From IMG/VR virus record IMGVR_UViG_2563366553_000007: a stretch of 64,000 nt of DNA. One strand, 5' to 3'. Of this stretch, positions 53,895-63,031 are shown piece after piece; positions within the stretch are counted from its first letter, which is position 1, and each line of letters opens with the position of its first letter. Below the pieces are notes generated by a model. The model did not search any database and was not told the origin of the DNA. It saw only the letters and a list, made by a program, of their open reading frames with translations. The DNA comes from a virus. Both the position numbers and the translations under genes were made by a program.

Positions 53895-54509
53895 ATGCTA
53901 AATAAAATTAAATTTATAATTACTGTATTTTTGTTATTTATAAGTTGTAGCTCAGAAGTTAATGCTTATAGAGATAAAGAAATTTCCGACTTGGAAATAG
54001 AACATATAAGAAGTGAAGCTTTTGATTATAGTTCTTTTATAGAGTTAGATGGGGTTGATTACAATACTCAATTCAAAGTATATAAATATCTTGATGTTAT
54101 TCCTGAAAATATTATAGAGAAATTTATAGAAAATAAAATGAAAATAGAAATAACGAATAAATCTCTTCAAGAAAGATTTTTGAGTAATTACATATTGTCT
54201 GGAGTTTATTTTGATAAAACAATACATTTAAGTAGTAATAAAGACTGGGCAGAACAATCTTTATTACATGAATTTGGGCATTTTGTAGATGAAATATCTT
54301 ATATGGATAAAAATGAATTTATTAAAATATATGAAAGAGAAAAAGACAATTTAATATTAAATAAAGATAAAGATAAAAGCTATTATTTAAGAAATGTGTC
54401 TGAATACTTTGCTCAATCTTTTGAAGAATATCTAATAAATCCAGAAAGATTATTATTAAACAATCCCAAAACGTATGAATATATAAAGCTTTGTATAGAT
54501 CAAATTTAA
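53895..54509 (+). CDS. Lipoprotein zinc metalloprotease, anthrax-lethal-factor-like/PPEP-like HExxH family
   Basis: The lipobox is LLFISCSS. The motif is HEFGHFVDEISY, with a downstream E (SEYFAQSFEEY). The protein is about 200 aa. Confidence 0.5.
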   Translation: MLNKIKFIITVFLLFISCSSEVNAYRDKEISDLEIEHIRSEAFDYSSFIELDGVDYNTQFKVYKYLDVIPENIIEKFIENKMKIEITNKSLQERFLSNYILSGVYFDKTIHLSSNKDWAEQSLLHEFGHFVDEISYMDKNEFIKIYEREKDNLILNKDKDKSYYLRNVSEYFAQSFEEYLINPERLLLNNPKTYEYIKLCIDQI

Positions 54510-54515
54510 TAAATA

Positions 54516-54570
54516 AAAATGTAAACAATCTCTTTTTTTGTTATTATAAAAAAGAGATTGTTTACATTAT
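54516..54570 (+). terminator. Rho-independent terminator
   Basis: AATGTAAACAATCTCTTTTTT...AAAAAAGAGATTGTTTACATT. Confidence 0.5.
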
Positions 54571-54627
54571 AGTTTTATTAATTTTATAGTATAATAGTTA
54601 AATTTAAAAAGTTTTTATATAAATAAA

Positions 54628-54888
54628 ATGAAGAGAGGTAGAAATATGAGTAAGAATAATGCTTGGGTCATAAGATTATTAGCAAGTTCAGAAGATCAAA
54701 CAGAAGAAATGTGTTTGGATGCTGTTAGCATTTATGGAAAAGCTTTACAATTTGTAGACAAGCAGACATATTTAGTATGTTTAAAAGCTATTGAGCAAGA
54801 TAAAGATGCTATAGATTGTATAAAATGGGAAGAGGTTGACTTTACAGAAGAAGAAATAAAGAAATTAAATATACTATCAGGTAAATAA
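54628..54888 (+). CDS. 22-residue-repeat protein (DUF4116-like), small member
   Basis: The repeat units are EEMCLDAVSIYGKALQFVDKQTYLVCLKAIEQD. Confidence 0.5.
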   Translation: MKRGRNMSKNNAWVIRLLASSEDQTEEMCLDAVSIYGKALQFVDKQTYLVCLKAIEQDKDAIDCIKWEEVDFTEEEIKKLNILSGK

Positions 54889-54900
54889 CATTTAGAGGGA

Positions 54901-56571
54901 GTGAATTATATGAATAGTAAAAAATTCGAAAACTATTTAGTAAGAATTACAGAACAAAAAGAAAGTTTAAATATTGTAGATGTTAATAAATTAGATTTAA
55001 CAAAAGAACAAGTATTTAATTTATATTTAAGTGCTGTAAAGAACAATGGTTTAGAATTGAAATATGTGGATTTTAAAAAATATGCCTTATCGGATATAGA
55101 TATTAAACAGATATGTATAGAGGCAGTTAAAAAACATGGGTATGCACTTGAGTATATAAAGTTTAATGAACTTAATTTGTCAGCTAAAGAAATAGAAGAA
55201 ATTTGTCTTGAAGCAGTAAGACAAAATGCATTTTCTCTAAAAGCTGTAGATTTTAATAAATTAAATTTATCAGATGAACAGATATATAATATATTCACTG
55301 AAGCAGTCAAACAAAATGGATATATTTTAGAAGATATAAAAAAACAGGACTATAATTTATGCCTAATAGCAGTAAGACAAAATGGATTAGCTTTACAATA
55401 TGCAAAATTTGATTCATTTTTTATTACAGAAAAGCAAAAAAATAAGATTTATATAGAAGCTATTAAACAAGATATTTCAGCTTTGCTTTTTATAAAAAAC
55501 AAAACAGAAGAAATTTATAAAGAAACAGTAAAAAATGATGGCTTAGCTTTAATATATATAAAAGAGCAAACAGAAGAACTTTGTTTATTAGCAGTAAAAC
55601 AAAATGGTTTGGCTCTTGAGTATGTAAAAGAACAGACGGAAGAAATATGTCTTGAAGCAGTAAAACAAAATGGTTTAGCTCTTGAGTATGTAAAGAAGCA
55701 GACAGAAGAAATCTGTATAGAAGCAGTAAAACAAAACGGTTTAGCTCTTGAGTATGTAAAGGAGCAGACAGAAGAAATCTGTATAGAAGCAGTAAAACAA
55801 AACGGTTTAGCTCTTGAGTATGTAAAGGAGCAGACAGAAGAAATCTGTATAGAAGCAGTAAAACAAAACGGTTTGGCTTTAAAGTATGTTAAAGAACAAA
55901 CTCATAATATATGTTTAATAGCAGTAAGACAAGATGGTAAAGCTCTTAAATATGTAAATAAGCAAACAGAAGATATATGTAAAGAAGCAGTTAAAAAAAA
56001 TGGTATGATTTTACAATATGTGGAAAATCAAACCGAAGAGATATGTTTAATAGCAGTAAGACAAGATGGATTTGCGATTAGAGATGTAAAAAAACAGACA
56101 CCTGAAATATGTTTAGAAGCAGTAAAACAAAAAGGATGGTATTTAATGTATGTAAAAGAACAAACGGAGGAGATTTGTCTTGAAGCTACTAAAAATGACA
56201 AAAGAGCTTTTCAATACGTAAAAGAGCAAACAGTAGAAGTATGTATAGAAGCAATAAAAGGAGACTTAGTCAACTTAAGTTTTATTAAAGATGATATGTT
56301 AAATGAATTAAACAAAAAAGAAAATTTGAAAAAACTTAAGTTGAAAAATAAGATAGAAAAGAAGATATTTAAAAATAGTAATGGACATGAAGAAATAAAT
56401 GCCTTTAAACTTGACCATATTTGGTATTTAGTATTTGAGTGTGATGAAATAATTAAGGTAGAAGATTTTTATAAGATGTTGGTAAATGATGAAAATATTT
56501 TTAAATATTATATCTTAAGTTCTCGAAAAGATGAGTATTTAAATTTTTTAAAATATTTGGAAAATAAATAG
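54901..56571 (+). CDS. 22-residue-repeat protein (DUF4116-like) with about 20 tandem units
   Basis: The consensus unit is E(I/L)C(L/I)EAVKQNG(L)AL(E/K)YVKEQTEE. Three units are encoded by identical 66-bp DNA repeats (about 55640-55840). Confidence 0.65.
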   Translation: MNYMNSKKFENYLVRITEQKESLNIVDVNKLDLTKEQVFNLYLSAVKNNGLELKYVDFKKYALSDIDIKQICIEAVKKHGYALEYIKFNELNLSAKEIEEICLEAVRQNAFSLKAVDFNKLNLSDEQIYNIFTEAVKQNGYILEDIKKQDYNLCLIAVRQNGLALQYAKFDSFFITEKQKNKIYIEAIKQDISALLFIKNKTEEIYKETVKNDGLALIYIKEQTEELCLLAVKQNGLALEYVKEQTEEICLEAVKQNGLALEYVKKQTEEICIEAVKQNGLALEYVKEQTEEICIEAVKQNGLALEYVKEQTEEICIEAVKQNGLALKYVKEQTHNICLIAVRQDGKALKYVNKQTEDICKEAVKKNGMILQYVENQTEEICLIAVRQDGFAIRDVKKQTPEICLEAVKQKGWYLMYVKEQTEEICLEATKNDKRAFQYVKEQTVEVCIEAIKGDLVNLSFIKDDMLNELNKKENLKKLKLKNKIEKKIFKNSNGHEEINAFKLDHIWYLVFECDEIIKVEDFYKMLVNDENIFKYYILSSRKDEYLNFLKYLENK

Positions 56572-56708
56572 TAAAAAATATAAAATACTTATAAAAAATA
56601 TTTATATTAATAAAAATCATAAAATAATATATTATTTTATAAAAATAATAATATTTATATTTATTTATAAAAATAAATATAAATTTATAAATATTTAGGG
56701 GGATTATT

Positions 56709-57227
56709 ATGAATAAAAAGAATATTAATTTAATTAATGAACTAACAAAGGATATAATAGACATTTATATGATTGAAATTCCAATAAAAGATATGAATAA
56801 TGTTGTTGATAAAATGGGAGGAATAATTAAAAAAGATAATTCTTTAAGTAAATTTTCAGACTCTTATATTAGAAAATTAAAGAATTATCATTATGAATTT
56901 GAAATAGTAATTCCTTATGGTCAATCCAATCATATATCCAATATGCATATAGCTAAAGCATTAGGACACTTATTTTTGCACATGAGATATAATATAGATG
57001 ATGATATATGGAATTCTCAGAAAATAAATGAATTTTATAAAAGTAAAAATTTGCAAGAAGAAGAACAAGTTAAAGAGTTTGCACTTGCATTATTAATGCC
57101 TAAAAGTGAATTTGAGCTTATCGAAGAAAATGGTGTAATTAATATAGATAAAGTTTCTAAATATTTTAATGTCAATCAAAGAGATGCTTCAAATCGAGCA
57201 TATAGTTTAGGATATATAAAAAAATAA
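56709..57227 (+). CDS. ImmA/IrrE (peptidase M78)-like domain protein with degenerate active site
   Basis: NMHIAKALGHLFLH is in register with the family motif xxTLAHELGHLLLH. The catalytic H and E are replaced by K and A. The downstream FALALLMPKSEF resembles the family's second conserved block. Confidence 0.45.
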   Translation: MNKKNINLINELTKDIIDIYMIEIPIKDMNNVVDKMGGIIKKDNSLSKFSDSYIRKLKNYHYEFEIVIPYGQSNHISNMHIAKALGHLFLHMRYNIDDDIWNSQKINEFYKSKNLQEEEQVKEFALALLMPKSEFELIEENGVINIDKVSKYFNVNQRDASNRAYSLGYIKK

Positions 57228-57233
57228 TTGTAA

Positions 57234-57268
57234 TAAAAAGGTGCTTTTAAAAGCACCTTTTTATTACT
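57234..57268 (+). terminator. Rho-independent terminator
   Basis: The hairpin is AAAAGGTGCTTTTAAAAGCACCTTTTTATT. Confidence 0.55.
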
Positions 57269-57343
57269 TGTTGAAGTATACATTTTATTTAGGATATAAT
57301 TTTAATTATAGAGAAAAAATATTCTATAATAGAGGTGAGATAA

Positions 57344-57603
57344 TGGATAATTTAGATTGGAGCAAGATAGGAGCTATAGGTACAATTGTAATAGGGATAG
57401 TAACTGTAGTATTAACTTTTATAGGGGTGCGTCAAAATAAAATAAATAGAAACAAAAAAAGTAACAAACAAATTATTAAAGGTAAAGATATCTTAAATAA
57501 TGAAATAACACAATCAAGTGAGAGTAAGAAAAATGAAGATAATAAACAAATTATTAAGGGTAAAAAAATATCTAAAAATAAAATAAAACAAGATAATAAA
57601 TAA
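57344..57603 (+). CDS. Small single-TM protein with Lys-rich repeated tail
   Basis: The RBS AGAGGTGAGATA precedes ATG at 57344. The track ORF 57241 starts upstream without an RBS. The TM segment is IGAIGTIVIGIVTVVLTFIGV. The tail repeats NKQIIKGK x2. Confidence 0.4.
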
Positions 57604-57616
57604 AGGGACTAATATT

Positions 57617-60600
57617 ATGGGAATAAAAAAAATATTAAGTAGATTTCTTTTTAAGAACAATATATCTGAACAAAAGGTAAATGGGGTAATTTTAAGTGGG
57701 AATACTATAATACAAGAATCAAATACTTACAAAAATGAAAAAATTGTAGATGAGTATATGAAGGATAAATTAGATGAAATAGAGTCTTTATTTGATAGGC
57801 AAGAATATGAAGAAATAGAGGATAAGATTAACTGGATATATAGAAAAAAACAAGATAGGTTTAGCGAAGCTGTTGAAAGAAAATTATTACAATATAATTG
57901 TTTTTTAGCACTATTAACAAATAAGCAAGAGAGATTATCTGAATATTTTAAAGAACTTGAAGCATATGGAGATAAAACGGCTGAGTTTCTAAATGTTAAA
58001 TTTAACATAGCTACTTTTTCACAAAGTGATAGTATTTTTAAAGAGTTAAAATCTACATGGGAAAGTCTTGATATGGATAGTTCAAAAATAGATAGTAATG
58101 AAATTAAATACTTATATTTTTCTAAACAGTATGATGTTTTAATTGAAAGATTTAACAATGAAAAGGATTTAGATGCACCAGAGATAAAATTATATGTAGC
58201 TAAATCTTTTATTAAAATTGAAAAATTTGATGAAGCAGAGAAACTCTTATTTGAAATTAAAGAAAAAGGAGATACATATAAAGCTGAATATATACTTTGC
58301 AAAGCCTTATCTGTATTTAGTATTGATAGAGAACTTGGTGAACTCACAGAGGGTGAGAGGGTTGTTTTTAGTGACTGTATCGAAGAAATAAAAAATATCA
58401 ATTTAGAGAAATTGGAATTTAATCAATTTAGAGAAATATCTTATTATAAACTTCAAATGATTTTATTTAGTGACAAGAGCTTAGCACTTGAAGAGATTTC
58501 TAATCTTTCAGATAAATTTGAAAAAGATACTGAATTTTATGTTTTAAAAATAAATATTTTTAATTTAAATGGAAAATATGAAGAAGCTGATAAGATTTGT
58601 AAATACCTTTTAGAAAATAATGGTAATATTAATATATATATATCAAGTGTTATTAATAATTGTTTATGTATGGAAAATTGGTCTAAAGTAAAAGAATTAT
58701 TTATAAAATATAGAGATTATTTAGAAAATATAGACTTTGCTTTTTATGCATATGGTTTTTCTCTATTGAATCTATATGGAGAAGAATACACAATTAATGT
58801 AATAGAAAAAGAATGTAAAGCAGAAGGAAATCTGATAGATTTTTTGCGTGCTAAAGCTAACTCGAAGAATAAGGAAAAGAGTGAATTTTATTTAGACAAG
58901 ATTGTTAACAATACAAAAAATAAAGACCTTATTTTATTAGATGTTGCAGATGAATATATGAATATGGATAATACTGAGAAGTCTTTGGCTATAGTAAAAG
59001 AAAATAGTATTTATGATATAAGATTTCTAAAGAGATACATATCCATTACAATAAGTAAAAATATGGAGGCGTATTTTGATGATATTTTAGATATTTATAT
59101 AAGATGCTACATTGATACTTGTAATGAATATGTAGAGAGAGGTATTTATTCTATTTATATTAAAAAAAAGCTATATAGAGGAGCTTACTTTATAGCAAAA
59201 AAAGCATTTAATAATACTAAAAAATTATATTGGCTTAATGAACTAACACGAATGAAATTAATAAATAAAGAACTAATTGATTTAAAGGAATTTGCCGACA
59301 TATTAAACAATGAGAAAGATTTACAGTATTTAATGACAGCGAGTGAAACCTATTTAAAACTTGGAGAAGTGACTAAAGCAAGAGAATTAAGTTATAAGAT
59401 TGCTTTTAATATGAACAATATGGACATAGATTCAGCTATTAGAATTTGGCAAATTTTATTGTCTAATGAAATACAAAACGTATCTGATTTTGAAGAACAT
59501 AAAGATTTGATTAAACAAGTTGAACTTGATGATGTTATTATATTAAAATCAGGTAAAGAAGAATTAAAAGTTTGTTTAAATAAAGAAGTTTTTTACAGAA
59601 TAAATGATATCCGATTTGGTTGTTTACATATTAATATGAATGAAGGTTTATGGATAGAACTTTTAGGAAGTAAAGTTAATGATGAAATTAACTTTAAACA
59701 AAAAGAATATAAAATAATAGAGATAATTAATAAATATGATTTTTTAACAAGGTCATGTTTTAATATTAGAGTTAAAGAAAAAGATGATAATATAAAAATG
59801 CTTTCAATAAATGAGAAGGACTTAATTGAAAACACTGACAATGATTTAATACGTGAACTCCAAAAAGATATAGATAATTTTAATAAACGTCTTGATGGTT
59901 ATTTAGGAAAAGATAAATCAATGGGAGGATTTGAACTACCTATAAATTATCTGCTTCCACAGATAGAAAATGTTAATGGGAATATTGATTATTTACTAAA
60001 AGACAAAAACTTGTTTTTTAAATCAGGGATGTCAAATATTATAGAAGAAGGAAGTAAAGTTGTATTAACAATAGTTAGTACTTTATTATTGAGCAAAGTC
60101 AATTTACTTGATGAATTTATGAGTTATTATGATGTTTATGTACCAAGGCGTTTAATTGAAAGTATAGAAGACACAATAAGTGAATTAACTATTAATTTTA
60201 GCAATAAAAGCGTAAAAATATATTCAATAGAGAAAAAGTTGGTTTTTTTTGAGAAAGATCAAAAAGAAAAAAAAATAGAATTAAAAAACTTCAATAAGAT
60301 AATTGAATCTTTAAAGAAAGGAAAAATAATTTCTAAAGATATATACATAAAACACTATGTATCTATACCTGAACAGGTTATGTATTCTGCAGATATGGAA
60401 GCTTTTGAAATTTCAAAAGCTGAAGATACTTCTATATTCATAGATGATAAATTTACCTGCTTATTATATAGTACAATTCATAGTCAAAGACGTTCTAATA
60501 TGGCTGGATTTATAAATTCAATACTGTTTAATGATTTTAATAAATATTGGAAAATAGCAGAGCAACTAATAAAAAGTAAGTATGAATATTTTTTTAATTA

Positions 60601-60826
60601 TATTGATTTAGAAACACTTGTATTTAATTTAGATGTAGGCACAAGAAATAATATTAAGAAATTTAAGCATGTGTTTAAAATAATTTTAAAAAATGATATA
60701 AACGGTTTTTATTCTTTATTATTAAGATTTATTTGTACAGATATAACATTTATACATAAATCATACTTTAAATATAAAATAAAAATAGATATTATAATGG
60801 ATATAATATCAAACTTAGAAAAATAA
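57617..60826 (+). CDS. Large (1069 aa) hypothetical protein, helical-repeat rich
   Basis: The ORF is uninterrupted. The N-terminal half has TPR-like amphipathic helices. No Walker or nuclease motif was recognised by eye. Confidence 0.5.
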   Translation: MGIKKILSRFLFKNNISEQKVNGVILSGNTIIQESNTYKNEKIVDEYMKDKLDEIESLFDRQEYEEIEDKINWIYRKKQDRFSEAVERKLLQYNCFLALLTNKQERLSEYFKELEAYGDKTAEFLNVKFNIATFSQSDSIFKELKSTWESLDMDSSKIDSNEIKYLYFSKQYDVLIERFNNEKDLDAPEIKLYVAKSFIKIEKFDEAEKLLFEIKEKGDTYKAEYILCKALSVFSIDRELGELTEGERVVFSDCIEEIKNINLEKLEFNQFREISYYKLQMILFSDKSLALEEISNLSDKFEKDTEFYVLKINIFNLNGKYEEADKICKYLLENNGNINIYISSVINNCLCMENWSKVKELFIKYRDYLENIDFAFYAYGFSLLNLYGEEYTINVIEKECKAEGNLIDFLRAKANSKNKEKSEFYLDKIVNNTKNKDLILLDVADEYMNMDNTEKSLAIVKENSIYDIRFLKRYISITISKNMEAYFDDILDIYIRCYIDTCNEYVERGIYSIYIKKKLYRGAYFIAKKAFNNTKKLYWLNELTRMKLINKELIDLKEFADILNNEKDLQYLMTASETYLKLGEVTKARELSYKIAFNMNNMDIDSAIRIWQILLSNEIQNVSDFEEHKDLIKQVELDDVIILKSGKEELKVCLNKEVFYRINDIRFGCLHINMNEGLWIELLGSKVNDEINFKQKEYKIIEIINKYDFLTRSCFNIRVKEKDDNIKMLSINEKDLIENTDNDLIRELQKDIDNFNKRLDGYLGKDKSMGGFELPINYLLPQIENVNGNIDYLLKDKNLFFKSGMSNIIEEGSKVVLTIVSTLLLSKVNLLDEFMSYYDVYVPRRLIESIEDTISELTINFSNKSVKIYSIEKKLVFFEKDQKEKKIELKNFNKIIESLKKGKIISKDIYIKHYVSIPEQVMYSADMEAFEISKAEDTSIFIDDKFTCLLYSTIHSQRRSNMAGFINSILFNDFNKYWKIAEQLIKSKYEYFFNYIDLETLVFNLDVGTRNNIKKFKHVFKIILKNDINGFYSLLLRFICTDITFIHKSYFKYKIKIDIIMDIISNLEK

Positions 60827-61280
60827 ACAAAGAAGATTATATTAAAAGGAGCATTATAATGTTCTTTTTCCCTTATGCTTTTGAATACTAAATAAATTTA
60901 ATATATATAATGAAGTAAACATAGATGTAATATTTAAATATATTTTAAATTAGGATAAGGGAGGATGTCTAAGTCAATAACCCACCTCTAAAGAGGTAGG
61001 CTTGAAGTTATCTCCAAGTCGTATTGACCAGATTCAGTTTTAAACTACATTATTAAGGTTACAACACCTACAAATGCTTCTCCAGTTTATGGGTACAAAC
61101 AGTGTAATATGATATTAATCCTTAATAATTTTATCAAGGATTGCAATTTGTTAATCATAGATATTTAAAACTAATACAAAAAGGTGATGGTTACAGATAT
61201 GAGTTAAAGACTCTTGCCTAACAGAAAGAGGGGTAAATTCCTCACACTACTGAAGTAGCGTGTCCCCTTTTGCATTTTTT

Positions 61281-61904
61281 ATGGAAACAGGTAGTTATTT
61301 AAAAGAGATAGAAGAACAATCGTATGAAGTTTGTAGAGAAGCAATTATAAATGATAGCTCTTCTATAAAATATGTAAATTGGAAAGATTTAAAAGATAAA
61401 TTATCAGAGTGGGAGATAGAAGAACTTTGCTTAGAAGCAGTTATGGATAAAGGGTTAAATCTTAGACATATACCTTTTGGTTTATTAAAAGATAAATTAT
61501 CAAAAGAACAAGTAGAAAATATAACTTTAAAAGCAATACAGGAATTTGAAGACTCATTCCAGTTTGCTCCTATCCAAACAGATAGAATTTGCTTAGAAGC
61601 AGTAAGAAGAGATGGAAATTTAATTGTATATGTAAAAAAGAAAGTAACAAATATTTGTATAGAAGCAGTAAAACAAAATGGATTAGCTCTTAAACATACA
61701 GGAGGCCAAATAAAGAGGACTTGTATAGAAGCAGTAAGACAAAATGGGTTAGCTTTAGAGTTCGTTCATACTCAAACAGAAGAGATTTGTTTAGAAGCAG
61801 TTAAACAGAATGGTTTAGCACTTAGATATGTAAAAAAACAAACTAAGGAAATATGTATTGAAGCATTAAAGCAAAACAAGTATGCATCAGAATTTATTTC
61901 TTAG
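61281..61904 (+). CDS. 22-residue-repeat protein (DUF4116-like)
   Basis: The units are EVCREAIINDSSSIKYV..., ICLEAVRRDGNLIVYVKKKVTNICIEAVKQNGLALKH.... The track ORF starts at GTG 61260. ATG 61281 (METGSY) is more likely. Confidence 0.6.
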   Translation: METGSYLKEIEEQSYEVCREAIINDSSSIKYVNWKDLKDKLSEWEIEELCLEAVMDKGLNLRHIPFGLLKDKLSKEQVENITLKAIQEFEDSFQFAPIQTDRICLEAVRRDGNLIVYVKKKVTNICIEAVKQNGLALKHTGGQIKRTCIEAVRQNGLALEFVHTQTEEICLEAVKQNGLALRYVKKQTKEICIEALKQNKYASEFIS

Positions 61905-61955
61905 CAAGAGAATAAGGTTACTAATGAATATTATGAACTGAAAAGGGAGATAAAA

Positions 61956-62754
61956 ATGATTATGAGAGAACTGGCTTTAGAAAAAGTAAAAGAAAATGGA
62001 TATAATTTAATATATATAAATGAACAGGATTATGAGATATGCTTAGAGGCAATTAAAAATAATGGTAAAGCAATACAATTAGTTAAATGGAGGATACTTC
62101 CGTTAACTAAAGAGGAATTTTATAATATTTATAAAGAGGCAGTAAGACAAAATGGATACTCTGCATTACATCATATAAAATGGAATGAGCTTAATTTGAT
62201 TAAAGCAGATATTAATGATTTGTATTTAGACATAGTAAGAGAAGATGGTCTTATCTTATATAGATAAACAAACAGAAGAAATGTGTTTATTGGCAGTTAG
62301 AAGTAATCCATGGGCTTTAGGGTATGTAAAAGAACAAACACCAGAGATTTGTATTGAAGCAGTAAAACAAAATGGACATGCTTTAGAATTTGTGGAGGAA
62401 CAGACTGAAGAAATATGTATAGAAGCAGTAATGCAAAATGGATTGGCACTTAAGTATATAGAAAAACAAAGTTATAAGATGTGTCTTAAAGCAGTAAAAC
62501 AGGATGGTTTAGCTCTTGAGTATGTAAATTGGAGCGAATTTAATCTAACTAAAGAGGAAATATATGAACTTTGTCAAATAGCAGTAAGACAAAATGGATT
62601 AGCACTTAGATTTGTAAATTTAGATAAACTTACAAATGGACAGATGGACAAAATTTGTCTTGAAGCAGTTAAAGAAAATCCATATGCTCTTAAATATGTA
62701 AAAAATCAAACTCCTGAACTTTGTCTATTAGCAGTAAAGCAGAACAAAAAATAA
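61956..62754 (+). CDS. 22-residue-repeat protein (DUF4116-like), split by a frameshift at about 62245-62270
   Basis: ORFs 61956..62267 and 62245..62754 overlap by 23 nt. The repeat register (…EDGLIL / SYIDKQTEEMCLLAV…) continues across the frames at a CTTATCTTAT direct repeat. Confidence 0.55.
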
Positions 62755-62813
62755 GTAGGTTTTATTAATACAAAGTTTTATTTTAAATTATTGTTTATTA
62801 AAAGAAATTTACA

Positions 62814-62852
62814 ATAAGAGCTATCTATTAATTTAGATAGTTCTTTTTATTT
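62814..62852 (+). terminator. Rho-independent terminator
   Basis: The hairpin is AAGAGCTATCTATTAATTTAGATAGTTCTTT followed by TTATTT. Confidence 0.5.
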
Positions 62853-63002
62853 ATAGTACTTTTGAGTACATTTGTTTTTTAGGTTTTTTTTAAAATAAAC
62901 TTGACAAAAACTATTTTTTAGTATATTAATATAGGTTATTGTTCTGAATGGTTGTGAATATTCTGAAAAATATAAAATGCGTTTTTTATAAACAACGAAA
63001 GC

Positions 63003-63031
63003 TTGACATTAAGTATTTATAACAGTAATAT
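63003..63031 (+). promoter_or_regulatory. Near-consensus sigma-A-type promoter (TTGACA-17-TAATAT) in an ORF-free region
   Basis: TTGACA is at 63003-63008, followed by a 17-nt spacer and TAATAT at 63026-63031. A second, weaker TTGACA-17-TATTAA lies at 62901-62929. Confidence 0.4.

Noticed and set aside
60950-61280. tmRNA, RNase P RNA or SRP RNA
   Set aside because: I see no tag-peptide ORF ending in ALAA-stop, no GGTTCGA T-loop with CCA end, no P4-type AGGAAAGTCC element and no SRP domain IV motif. It is kept only as a generic sRNA candidate.
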